A DNA stretch of 64,000 nucleotides from Lytechinus pictus (lineage: Eukaryota). The stretch lies in assembly GCF_037042905.1 (NCBI RefSeq), contig NC_087251.1:43774001-43838000 (forward strand), given 5' to 3'. A program made the translations under genes and the position numbers. Positions 1 through 12,413 of this stretch are shown one piece after another. The notes under the pieces were generated by a model, which saw nothing but the letters and a program-made list of their open reading frames with translations, had not been told where the DNA came from and did no database searches. Numbering within the stretch: the first letter of the stretch is position 1; each line of letters begins with the position of its first letter.

Positions 1-506
1 GTGAACAGTGGAGTGGGTATGATATTGTGGCCCAAGTTTATGCAATGCCCCATGTCTTTGAGTACATCGTTCTGTATGGTTAAAAGCACAAAAACCAACA
101 AGGCAATAATTGGATCTGCAATACATAGAAAGTTGATAAGCAGTGATAATGATGAAGAATATTTAAATTCAGGCATTTCATTCAAACGCTTCAAATTTGA
201 TATTCTTCATCAATTTTCTCGAAGTGTAAGTAAAGTAGATGGGTGTTCAGACATGGGGCACCATTTTTTTTTTTCATTGTTATAATGACAGACCTTTTTA
301 TTTTGGAGAAAGTTTCATATTTGTTGCGCTTATTTTTGTAATATTTTCAGCACACTTAACTCTTCAGACGATAACGATAAATATCAAGTAAGGCTTTGGG
401 GGAATACTGAAGAAATTCATGTTAACCTTACGTCCAATTTTGGTTGTGCTGATAAAGGGGTCCCTTGAGGAAAAAAATTACAACATGGCTTGGATCAATT
501 TGCCCA

Positions 507-537
<31 letters not shown>

Positions 538-1318
538 AAAAAAAAAAAATTGCTCGAAACAGCACTGGAAACTAAAAGGAAGCCCCTGAAAATCCCCATT
601 TATTTCAATGTTAAAGCTTATCCAATGTAGCAGATTTGCATAGTAAGTTGTGAAAAGTAACCCTTGAAAATCTGCCTGGCACCCCCTTAATATATCTCAG
701 TTGGTAAAGTACTGGTGATGTAATCATTTATCCCTGGTCAAAATCCAAGTCAACTCATTTGTGCCCTGTACAAAGCATCAACCCTCATTAACAGGTCCCT
801 CAGAGAGGAGCTTAAACTGACAGTGCCTTAGCTCTTGATATTAAGTGAGAAGTAGCAATTTCTATTTTTGATGATGTTCAAGTATGACTAAAAAAGTTGT
901 TAAAGTAATCTATTGAAGCAGTCTTGCTATTGAAGACCACTAGTCAAATGGAGAGTGTAATATTGATCAACCATTCTGAAGTGATATATCTTTGTCATTA
1001 TACTGTGAAATATGCCTGTCCTATTGCATTTATCAGTATGCAAATAGCGAATGGGCATGAGTGTGATGGTACAATATTTCGCATGAAGTGAAAAACTGAT
1101 ACTCTATTCCTTACAGTGAATTTGAATTGTCGTACCATCGTACGAATAAGAAAATTTGCTATTTGTGTTGTACGTTTCAGAAGTTAGTTTGCACTTGCTT
1201 TTTTAGAGAATGGTATATTTTGGTACAAGTTCTACATTCATTTTCCTATTTGCTTGCGTAGAACACGCTTCGTAGGCGTCGTACCATAGAAAATGATAGA
1301 AAACCTTTTCCCACTTAA

Positions 1319-1712
1319 AGAGAAATGCCAGTAGTTGCAGTAAACACTGATTTCATGAGAAAGTCTGTAAAACCAGGCTTAATTGTCAGTATATCATCGA
1401 GGATCTAGATCTGGTACAGTTACATAAACTAAACTTTGTGAAATCTTGAAATCTACGCTGGAAAATGTTCACGCTGAAGATCACTAACACAGATAAGCGC
1501 ACGTGGGACAGTGTATTATTATTGCTTTGAATGTCGGCCCGACGCTTGACCCAAATCCTGTGCTTATTTGCTGATTTCTCAGCAATCACACAATTTCTTC
1601 CAGAATCCATTGGCACATATGTTTTATTTATACAAACAGACACTTTGGTGGTCATTTCATTGGATTCTGTACGAACTCATTTTGATATCGTTACCACAAC
1701 TGGAATTTACCT
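1319..1712. mobile_element. Kolobok-like non-autonomous DNA transposon
   Basis: TTAA on both sides (1315-1318, 1713-1716); imperfect TIR AGAGAAATGCCAGT / ACTGGAATTTACCT. Confidence 0.65.
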
Positions 1713-1748
1713 TTAACACGATAGATGTGTCTTCCTTTGTATTTTCAG

Positions 1749-1909
1749 GCAAGTCGGGTCTTCGTGATGAAGAAGAAGAAACAACGTTGGTAGACATTGA
1801 GAAGGACGATGAGGAGGATGAGGCGATGGAAGATGAAGAAGGAGAAGAAGCAGCCGGAGCATGGAATACAGTCAGCATGGATGATAGGGAAGAAATCAAT
1901 CAAGAGGAG
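1749..1909 (+). CDS. SART1: SART1 exon (acidic, [10 protein letters not shown]...EINQEE)
   Basis: ttttcag acceptor, gag|gtaaaa donor; phase 0 fits the next exon. Confidence 0.85.
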
Positions 1910-4900
1910 GTAAAATTTCCATTTCTTCTTACCAGGCTTCCCATAACTATTTAAATGATACAATACTAACGGTAGTGTATGTTAGTAATGGTATGTCTAA
2001 ACTTGTAGTGTAATCTCGTGGTTTGAAAGCACTAGTTCATCTGATGAGTTGTTCAGGGGAGCGAATCATGGAAAGACTTGCCAGACGTTTTATCCGACAA
2101 GTCCTGTTTTATCGACAGTTTCCATAGTAACATAGATACTTAGCCAATCAAAATCGAGGAAAGTTGTCATACAGAAATGTTGATGAAACCCTCCCCAGGG
2201 TCATGACAAGCACTCAATTCAAAATGATGGCACATGGTCTTTTTTTTCTCTTTACTCTTAAAATACTGCATGAAATATTCTAAGTCGCTGGAGCACTGAC
2301 AAATACTTTAGAAGATTGGAAGCTCAGGCTCCTGTTACATGAAATCTGTGTCGAAAGCCAATCAGAAAGTCAAATGTATCCTTGATTTTCATCCACTAAA
2401 AAAGCACAGGAAGAATTTGTGATCAATATCACAGGCCCTGACTGGATGCAGCTAGGTTTGATGTTATACCTTTTCAGGGACTGTATCGTCTGTGTAGAGT
2501 AGTCGGTCACAATTATTGGCACGTGTTCTGAATTCTGGCTGTTTCTAAGTTAAGAGCGACTTTAAGAATGACTGGTGATCTTTCTTACATGCTAAATAAT
2601 CACCAATAAACATCTAATAGTGAATATCATTATCTACAAGAAAGGATCACCAGTCGTTCTTAAAGTCACTCTTAACTTATGAACAGCTTTATGAACCCCC
2701 CGGTTTACCTTGATTTATAAGTTAAAGTTGTGGTATATCTATGGGCAGCCAAATTGACACAAATCTCCATAATTAGATGATCAATGTGCTATCACAGTTT
2801 ACACTCATATCATTACAAGCCATCTTGAAATGATAAATGCCATAGATTTCTTCACCATTGAAACATGGTTAAGATCCCAGTAAACTCAAAAGAAGGAAAC
2901 AGTGCAAACAATTGTTTCATACTTCCAGCTTTTCATGATTTTTCAGACTTTGACAGTGTTCTAAGTCAATCTGGGGCCTGTTTCATAAAGAGTTACAACT
3001 GTTGTAACTTTGTCATTATTGCAACTACCATGGCAACAGGGCCCAGCAGTCAATCAAACTCAAGGTTTTCAGAATGTGGATCATTGTGTCTAGTCTAGCT
3101 GGATTCTTGCCTGACTTGGTGATGTTCAAATGTGAATTAATGTAATAACCTCACAGATCTCATCAGTTCCTGCATTTATGAATGTATTCCCCCTTCTGTC
3201 TCTTGTACCTTAGGAGGAGCTTGGCCCTGTACTTGATGACGAACCAACCCTTCAAGTGGGCATTGCTGGGGCATTGAATTTAGCAACCAAGAAGGGCTAC
3301 CTCATCAAAGAGAAAGAGAAGAAGAAGAAGGGAGACTCGCTCACACTTACAGCCAAGAATTTCACAGTAGAGGACAAAAACTTCAAGTGCGTACATTCTT
3401 AATCAATTTTGTATTGTATGTGTTGCTTTTTTTTCTAAGTTGTACTCTTTTATCTATTCAATGTAATTGGATCATTCAATACGTGAAAGTATGTATTGCA
3501 TTGGTAAATTCAAGAGTGCAAATCCCGTACTATGGAGCTTATCATTGGTTTTCCACTGGTATTATTCTCACGTCATAGAAGATTTTTAACTTCTTGTATG
3601 TGTGTTCTGCTACACAAAATCAAAGCAGAGTCGGGAGAAACAGTGAGTTATGATATTTATTTTTTTTAAAAGCTACAGATTAACAAATTAGACTTGAATT
3701 TAGCAAAGTCCGTGAATTATAACTGCCTGCAAGTAAAAAAAATCAAAAACAACAACTGAAATAAAACAAACCTCAAAGTCAGAAATTTGAAAAAGGCTCT
3801 TTTGAGTAACAAATATATAAATTATAGTTGAATTTATAGTCGTTATGAGTATCAGTTTTTTTCATATTTATATTCATATTTTGAAAGAATTTTTTACAGC
3901 TTAAAAAATGTTTTTATTCCTTTTATACACACTGCACAGCTTATATGGTAACTATTACCTTTTAAGTATTGTAATGCGCAGTTGAGTATATATATATAGA
4001 AATTGCGCAATATAAAAGTACAATTATTATTATCATTATTAAATTATCGATGAACATCATTTCGTCTCGTTTTCAGTGACATTGATTCCAAGTACAACAA
4101 GAATGATCGGTTTCGAGGGCCACTCATGGACTTCAAAGAGAAGTCGGGTTATAAACCAGACGTCAAGATTACCTACACCGATGAGTCTGGCCGGTCGCTT
4201 AATCAAAAAGAGGTAAGTCCACATTCACAGGGATGGAGATGATGCCTTTTGACTAAATCGCATTCATTTGATGATAATAACATGCAACATTTATGTAGCA
4301 CATTAAGTGGGAGGGGGGCGCGGCGAACTGACCAACACATTGTGTTATCTCTTATTGACTGTGTGTTATAAATAACTAGTCTTAAACATATACATGATGG
4401 GATAACCATTGATAATACAGAGAATGAATTTTATTCATACAGAGAAAAAAAAATGTTTTTGATAGGAAAGTACTTGTCGTCTCGACTGCATAGCAGAGCA
4501 AGACCACAGACACCGCTTTTCTGAAGGCGGCGGCGTCGTCAACATTGAAATCTTAACCAAGCTTAAGTTTTTGAAATGTTGTCATAACTTAGAAAGTAAA
4601 TGGACCTAGTTCAAGAAACTTGGACATAAGGGTAATCAAGTATTACTGAACATCCTGCCTGAGTTTCAGATCACATGACCAAGGTCAAAGGTCATTTAGG
4701 GTCAATGAACTTAAACCATGTTGGGGGAATCAATATCGAAACCTTAACCGAGGTTAAGTTTTTTAAATGTCATCATAACTTAAAAAGTAAATGGACCTAG
4801 TTAATGAAACTTAGACATAAGGGTAATGGTGTATCACTAAAGATCCTGCTCGAGTTTCAGGTCACCTGACTAAGGTCAAAGGTCATTTAGAGTCAACGAA

Positions 4901-7900
4901 CTTAGGTAATGTTAGGGGTATTGTGGAATTGTCATCATAACTTTAAAAGTGTATGGATCTAGTTCATGAAATTTGGACACATAGAGCAACCATGTATCCT
5001 TGAATATCCTGTGCGTGTTTTAGGTCACATGACCAATATCAAAGGTCATTTATGGTCAATGAAATTTAGCTAAGTTGGGGATATTTGTTGAATTGGGTAA
5101 AGGGTAATCAAGTGTGAGTGATTGTCTTGCACACGTCTTAGGTCACATGATCATGGTCAAAGGTCATTTTGGGTCAATGGACATAGTATTTTATTATCAT
5201 ATAAACATTTTTTTTTTGTAAATAATTATTCAAATAGCTGTTTTCAAAGTCAGCACTGCTGCTATATCGAATCGTGTTATGCAAGCGAGACTGCTAGAGG
5301 CGTTCCACTTGTTTTGCTACTTGGTGCTATAATTAGTGTGGTATGAATTTATTGGAAAATTGGTATGTTATCATTGAAGTGGGCCTATATTACAAGACTA
5401 CACAGCTCAGAACGGTGTATTGTAATGGCCAGATGTGGGTAGTTGAAGACTAGAGGTGTCACTATTAAGGATGCCGGTTGGTTTCTGCTCTAATACAATG
5501 TTACTATGCGCTGCCTACTGTTACCCTGGCTATAGCATGGCTACCCTGATCAGGTGCTTGAGCAGTCAAGCAATTCCTTCTTACCTTTCCTCATTACTAT
5601 ATCTGGGTGTAGAGTGTAGATAAATGCCTTGCAAGTGCTGCAGAATAATTTAAACCATAGGGCCCGTATTCTGAAGTTGGGTTTAACTTAAACTCGGGTT
5701 TAAAGTTGTGGTTTAAGTATGGATAGCCAATTGTTACCATAAATCACCAACAGTAGATATATCATATTTCAGCTCATTTGGCTCTAAAATCATTCATTAT
5801 TGTTCTAGGAAGCATAAATAGACGATTGTCTTCACCACTGAAGAATCAGGAAAGAGCACAGTAAATATAAGAAACATACAACTTAATAAAAAAATTGACA
5901 CTTTTGGCTTCCCATAATTTTAGCACAGAGTTAGACCATGGTTTAAGTTAAACCTGACTTCAGAATATGGGCCTAGGACTTTTTGTTCTATGTACAAAGA
6001 CTTATCCATTGAGCCATAACATGTCTATATACTCTCCTTTTGGGGGCTAATACTTAGGCTAAAGACTGGTTCCTGTCTGGCCAAAGGAAGAAAAAATTAT
6101 TAATAGTTTATAAGTTTATTAATTCCATGTTCATAATGATGAAGGGGGAAGCGCTAGCATCGCGCTACAGTGGAAGTGTTATTATGCAAACTATTTCTCT
6201 TATTCTCAGTTGTAACATTCCAATTTGTTATGACCTGTAGTGTGTTTGTAATTGATATGGACTCCTCTTGATCTCTGTCTTGGCAACATGTGACTGTCTT
6301 AAACTGAAAAAAATATCAGTTATCAGAATCATGTGAATTATTGATGAAAAATCTTTTAATATTCTTGACTTATTCTTTAATACAAGGCATTGGAATTACT
6401 GTATGAGGTTGGGAATAAGAGGGAGGTGAAATTTTTTGTTTTGTCATTGTCAATGTGGTAATGAAATAAAAAAAATATAAGTCAGTTCAGATATGATAGT
6501 AAATGATTTTTTTTTAATTTTAATTCAAAATACATGAAATTTGATATTGAAATCCTCTCTTTCTCTTTCCCTTTTTTTTTCAAAGGCTTTCCGTGTGCTT
6601 TCACATCGTTTCCATGGTAAAGGGTCAGGAAAAATGAAGACAGAAAAAAGAGCAAAGAAACTTCTTGAGGAAGAGGTGAGTACTTTTATGTGTGAACTAC
6701 CAACAGTTTCTTAGCACCTCTTTTGCTACCCTTTAACTTGTAAAAAAAAAATCAGGCGGTTTTGGTATGTCTGAAAAAAACCCTCACCCAAAACTTTGAA
6801 ATTGACAAACACCAATTATTTTTATCTTGGTTGTTACCTAGGCGATGAAGAAGATGTCTTCCACTGACACGCCCCTCAACACGGTTGCAAGGATGCAGGA
6901 AAAACAAAAGAACCTCCAATCAGCTTACATTGTACTCAGTGGAGGCAGCAAGACAATGACTGCGTAAGAATATTCGTTGGTTTATAATGATGATGATGGT
7001 GATGGTGATGGTGGTGGTGATGGTGATGTGTTGATGGTGATGATGTTGGTGGTGGTGGTGATGATGATGATGATGGTCATGATGATGATGTTGATGATGA
7101 TGTTGATGGTCATGATGATGATGATGATGATAATGATGGTGGTGATGCTGATGATGAAGATGGTCATGATGATGATGATGATGGTGGTGGTGATGGTGAT
7201 GGAGATGATGATGGTGGTGATGATGATGATGATGATGCTCATGATGATGATTATGATGATGATTATGATGATGATGGTGATGATGATGATGATGATGATT
7301 ATGATGATGATGATTATGATGGTGGTGATGGTGGTGATGATGATGATGATGATGGTCTTGATGATGATGATGGTGGTGATAATAATGTGACATTCATCTC
7401 GTTATCGATGCTCAAGTGAAGGGGGAGCAAACAAAGTAACAAACAGACATTCACTTGTTCTATAAGCAGTTGGACTACCTCTTTAATAGTCATCACATAG
7501 TCAAACCCATTTTGTCTCCCTTAATTTTGGTCTAATTGCCATTTTGGTCTACACTTCATTGGTCTAATGCCCACTTAGTCTTATTCTCATTTAGTGTAAT
7601 TGCCTTAAGATCTAATTTTCACTTTGTGTACTTTGTGGTGTTGGACCAAGTGGATATTAGACAAAATGGGTATTGCCTAAATGGAAATTATATAAAATGG
7701 TAAGTGGGCTAAATGGAGATCAGACCAAATGGTCAGTAGATGAACTGGTAGACTATTATTACTTTGAAAGATAGGTGCATGCTTTGTATAGGCTATAGAC
7801 GAATGAATGAAAGTATGTAAGTGCATTATTAAAAATATCATGTCACATAGCGGCTCTACATTTTAATCTTATTTTGCTTTCCTTTTCTTTTTGTCTATTC

Positions 7901-7923
7901 ACAGCCACAGTATCACAAAGTGA
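1749..7923 (+). CDS. SART1: U4/U6.U5 tri-snRNP-associated protein 1 (SART1/Snu66), 3' part; join(1749..1909,3214..3386,4077..4212,6586..6675,6842..6963,7905..7923); 5' exons lie outside the window
   Basis: All introns are GT-AG with matching phases. The spliced peptide contains [65 protein letters not shown] and [37 protein letters not shown], recognised as the conserved SART1 C-terminus. Confidence 0.96.
3214..3386 (+). CDS. SART1: SART1 exon ([11 protein letters not shown]...EDKNF)
   Basis: ccttag acceptor, aa|gtgcgt donor; phase 2. Confidence 0.92.
4077..4212 (+). CDS. SART1: SART1 exon (DIDSKY...SLNQKE)
   Basis: ttttcag acceptor, gag|gtaagt donor. Confidence 0.95.
4479..5315 (+). mobile_element. 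HINE-like (Helentron-associated) element with internal tandem repeats, diverged copy
   Basis: Same layout as 10244-11198 with degenerate subterminal repeats. Confidence 0.75.
5661..5973. mobile_element. Harbinger-like MITE
   Basis: TIR GGCCCGTATTCTGAAGT.. / ..ACTTCAGAATATGGGCC with a 3-bp TAG duplication; fragments also near 2710, 43440 and 57450. Confidence 0.7.
6586..6675 (+). CDS. SART1: SART1 exon ([22 protein letters not shown]...)
   Basis: Polypyrimidine tract plus aag acceptor, gag|gtgagt donor; signature motif. Confidence 0.95.
6842..6963 (+). CDS. SART1: SART1 exon ([12 protein letters not shown]...KTMT)
   Basis: cctag acceptor, gc|gtaaga donor; phase 2. Confidence 0.95.
6987..7390. 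repeat. (GAT/GGT)n microsatellite in the last SART1 intron
   Basis: Trinucleotide array starting 24 bp after the donor. Confidence 0.95.
7905..7923 (+). CDS. SART1: SART1 last coding exon (HSITK*)
   Basis: Long pyrimidine tract plus cacag; completes an Ala codon and ends ITK-TGA, like the vertebrate SART1 end. Confidence 0.85.
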
Positions 7924-8552
7924 TTGAATGCCAATAAAAGCACTGGATCCGGTTTGACCATTAAGGCACAGTGAGGACCCACTGTTTATATACTACATTC
8001 GACATGAAGTATATCGAGATCAAAGGGTCTATCAAAATCACCATCGTACAGCAGGAGTGTAATGTCAGGAACAGAGAGCATGCTGTTAATGATGGCTTTG
8101 CAATCAATCGTTATGACCATGGTGATATCACACAACATCTGACTAGAATCATTATTTCAATCGAAGGTGCCATAGATAGGCACATTATATATTATAGAAT
8201 ATGTATCATGCATAAGTAATTACCGACGCATGGCTAGCCATACGTCGGTAATTAATTATGCATGGTTGTAAAAACAAAATTAAAAAATTCCACCATTGTA
8301 TAAAACAAATGATACACAGGTTTATGTGCATTAGTTGGACTAGTGAGCTTGCAGTAACCTAGTTAACCTTATGCTCTCAAAACCTACTGATGCACTCACA
8401 TCTGTGCATCATTTGTATATCGTCAATCTGTCCCAGGTTGGAAAGCAATAGAACGTGAAGAGCTTGAACCAGATGGGAGTTTCTTAAAGCTGTTTTCAAA
8501 GTTATGCATGAATTTACAAACGACCAGATATATATATATATATATATATATA

Positions 8553-9360
8553 CAGTGCGTCCCAGAAAAAACGAAACCGAGATTAAGCGATGATTTATCA
8601 TAACTTAATCACAAATACAATAGACAAATGACCTACCAATGTAAAGCTTAGAATCTCCTCTTTCATCTGATATTACTTAGATTATTCTTCATTCACGAGT
8701 GAGCAACAACAATTTGTAGAAAGGATACCAAAAACTAATTTGGCGGAGGGTATCTGAATTTTAAAAAGAAAATCACATGCCTAAAAAGTTCAATACCTGC
8801 CCTTTTATTTGATACCTTAATCACAAAAAATGGTCAAGAAGTAAAAAAGTTATGTTCCCTCGAAACAATTTCCATAATTTCATTAAATAAACGTGTTTTC
8901 ACCGGTTTCTCACAGAAGCTATGGCATGGTTAACAAAAGACTAAATGCATGGCTGATCGTCAACAAAAAGGAGTGTCGAGTGAGTTTGAACGCTAGCATG
9001 TAAAACCTCTTCATTTTATGAAATTATTGAAATTCAAGCCTTATTTCAAATAACCAGAACTTTGTTATTTCTTGACCATTTTCTGTAATTGAGGTATCAA
9101 ATTAAAGAGCAGATATTGAACTTTTTATAAATGTGGTTTTCTTTTTTAAACCCAGATACAGCCCGCCAAATGACTTTTTGGTATCCCCTCTTCAAATTGT
9201 TTCTGCTCACTCATGCGTGAATGAGAAATAATCTAAGTAATTTCAGATGAAAGAGGAGATTCTAAGCTTTACAATGGTAGGTCATTTGTCTATTGTATTT
9301 GTGATTAAGTTATGATAAATCATCGATAAATCTCGGTTTCGTTTTTTGTGGGACGCACTG
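8553..9360. mobile_element. Tc1/mariner-like foldback MITE in a (TA)n tract
   Basis: Termini CAGTGCGTCCCA / TGGGACGCACTG, inverted arms of roughly 300 bp, TA runs on both sides. Confidence 0.9.
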
Positions 9361-10243
9361 TATATATATATATCTATATATATATATGCCTACATCCTAC
9401 GTAAGGGCGAAGTCTATGAATGGGTTTATTCCATCATAATACACATATAGACGTAAAGACGAAGGTAGAGGGCGTTAAGGCGCATTACGAACATTGAAAG
9501 AAGACAAAAAAAATATCGCCTTAAACACAGATGTATTGAAATATATATATATATATATATATGTTACAAAAAGCTTTATGAAACTGCCCCCAGGAGCATT
9601 ATCCGGTTGTATTAAAAATGATTGTCAAATTGCAATTATCCTTGTACTGACTATTCAATATGTTCTAGAGTGGGGTTTTAATTTATTTCCACATTTCGTA
9701 CCAATAATGTACAATCGGGAAACATTACTTTAGGCATTGCTTGGTGATCAAGATGGCATTCAGAAATCAGGGAAAGTGTCATCTTTAAGTTGATTGGGGC
9801 CTCGAAATGAAAAGGAAAAAACACATTACTTTTTGTAGTGCAATATTACTACTTTAATGAGGGGGGGGGAAGGGGAATATATTCTCTTTCTGTAATTGCC
9901 ACCTTTTAATCTGATATTTAAATGAATTATGCAAACTAAATTATCACAGTGAAATTACAGATGATTTGTTTCTTAAATTGTTTTGACAGACATGACATGA
10001 TTATGCATTGGAGAAAATCTACACACAATTGCATATCAATCCCTGGAGTCGTTTGTCTTATTTGCATCATTTGATTTGTCCATGCTTTGTTCAGAAAAAA
10101 ATATTTCATTTGGACATTGTGATATTTCAGTGAAGAAAACTCCCAACCAAGTTAGAAGAGTTCTTTGTGCAGATAGATTAATCTCTTTCAGCATTTGAAT
10201 GCAATTTATGATTTATTTCATGAATTGATGACGGGTATCTGGG

Positions 10244-11198
10244 TTTTTTGTCTCACCTGCATAGCAGAGTGAGACTATAGGCGCCGCTTTTCTGACGGCG
10301 GCGGCGGCGTCAACACCAAATCTTAACCTGAGGTTAAGTTTTTGAAATGACAGCATAACTTAGAAAGTATATGGACCTAGTTCATGAAACTTGGCCATAA
10401 GGTTAATCAAGTATTACTGAACATCCTGCCTGAGTTTCATGTCACATGACCAAGGTCAAAGGTCATTTAGGGTCAATGAACTTAGACCATGTTGGGGGAA
10501 TCAACATCAAAATCTTAACCTAAGGTTAAGTTTTTGAAATGTCATCATAACTTAGAAAATATATGGACCTAGTTCATGAAACTTATACATAAGGTTAATC
10601 AAGTATCACTGAACATCCTGCATGAGTTTCACGTCACATGACCAAGGTCAAAGGTCATTTAGGGTCAATGAACTTTGGCCGAATTGGGGGTATCTGTTGA
10701 ATTACCATCATAACTTTGAAAGTTTATGGATCTGATTCATGAAACGTGGACATAATAGTAATCAAGTATTACTGAACATCCTGTGCAAGTTTCAGGTCAC
10801 ATGATCAAGGTCAAAGGTCATTTAGGGTCAATGAACTTTGGCCAAATTGGGGTATTTGTTGAATTACAGCCATAAATTTGAAAGTGTGTTGGTCTAGTTC
10901 ATAAAACTTGGACATAATAGTAATCAAGTATCACTGAACATCCTGTGCGAGTTTCAGGTCACATGATCAAGGTCAAAGGTCATGTAAGGTCAAAGAACTT
11001 TGGCCACGTTGGGGGTATTTGTTGAATTGCTATCATATCTCTATAAGTGTATTGGTCTAGTTCATAAAACGTGGAAATAAGAGTAACCAAGTATCACTGA
11101 ACATCTTGTGCGAGTTATAGTAGTTTTCAAAATCAGCACTGCTGCTATATTGAATCGCGTGATGCAGGTGAGACGGCCAGAGGCATTCCACTTGTTTT
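10244..11198 (+). mobile_element. HINE-like element, complete copy
   Basis: T-rich flanks; subterminal IR GTCTCACCTGCAT (10250) / ATGCAGGTGAGAC (11162); 5' hairpin partner GTGAGAC; (GGC)n microsatellite; 160-190-bp tandem units at 10453, 10645, 10808 and 10970. Confidence 0.85.
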
Positions 11199-11328
11199 AT
11201 ATTTTAGTTTCTTGTCTGAAACTGGAGCCTGAAACTGCTATATTTGGAGAGTCCTTGCCAATCGGTATTTTGATAAGTGTGGGAGACAAAACAATGGACT
11301 AAGTTGAAGCATTTTTTTTAAAGACCAG

Positions 11329-11592
11329 GGCCCCGTCTTACAAAGAGTTACAATTGATCCAATCGACCTCAACTGTATGGAAATCCATCCATACCATAAT
11401 TTTCTTCTACAGGAAATTTGCACAATCTCCTTTAGTAAACAAAGAGAATCACACTGAATCTTCAAGAGAACAATATCATACATCATATCTAGAAAATATT
11501 TTGAACAAATTTGCATTTTAGATGTTGATCTTGCTGGCTTTCCATAGTTGTGGTTGATAGGATCAATCGTAACTATTTATAAGACGGAACTC
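11329..11592. mobile_element. Harbinger-like MITE
   Basis: CCGTCTTACAAAGAGTTAC / GTAACTATTTATAAGACGG inverted ends, CAG flanks. Confidence 0.55.
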
Positions 11593-11834
11593 AGAATGTA
11601 CAGAATGAATTAACATCTGAATCAAATTTTGCCAAAGTCAAACAGAATTCTGTGGTCCTAAGTGATTGAATCTACTTTCTTCTTTGACTTTATTTCTGAT
11701 TTTTTGAAAAGAGCGAAAAATTTAACCAAATAAAAAAAATTAAAGCCATTTTCAGAAATGTTTTATTGACTTTAAAAGAATGTGAAATCTTTGTCTCAAT
11801 TCTCTTTATCTTAACTCACTTTAAATTATGTGTA

Positions 11835-11863
11835 AATAAATGTTCATCTTCGTGTATAATAAA
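11835..11863 (+). terminator. Candidate distal poly(A) signals of SART1
   Basis: AATAAA at 11835 and 11858 followed by GT/T-rich sequence; a proximal AATAAA also lies at 7933. Confidence 0.3.
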
Positions 11864-12013
11864 CAAAGATTTTGTACAAACCATCCTTGTTGGTCATCTA
11901 TACTGCATTATTTTGTGTGATTTTTTTTCTAATTTTTATTAAAACAGTAATGGATCTCTGTTTATTGATGTGTCGTGAATGAAGCTATCCTGTATCCTAT
12001 ATGAGAAATGTAT

Positions 12014-12413
12014 GGTAAACTGCCAATTCGTCCACTGCCAACTTGTCTACTCACCACATGGTCTACCTTCATTTAGTCTTATGCCATTCCGTCCAACATT
12101 TCGCCTAACATACATGTGGTCCAATAACCATTTGGTCCAATCATCACTTCGTCTAATCACAATTTTGTCTATTACCATTTCGTCTAATAACCAGTTGGTC
12201 TAATACCCATTTTCTTTTCATTCATTTTGCACAATTAACACTTTAGTTTAATTAGACCAAATGGTATATGGACTAAATGGCTATTGGACCAACTGGTTAT
12301 TAGACGGAATGGCATTAGACTAAATGAAAGTAGACCATGTGGTGAGTAGACGAACTGATGATAGACCAAATGGTAGTAGACGAGTTGGCAATTCGACGAA
12401 TTGGAAATAAACC
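12014..12413. mobile_element. Foldback MITE with short internal subrepeats
   Basis: GGTAAACTGCCAATTCGTC / GACGAATTGGAAATAAACC ends, palindromic body; relatives at 32853-33245 and about 7500-7755. Confidence 0.7.

Noticed and set aside
6920..7393. 157-aa poly-His ORF and overlapping poly-Met/Ile ORFs
   Set aside because: Translations of an intronic (GAT)n microsatellite; no independent gene signals.
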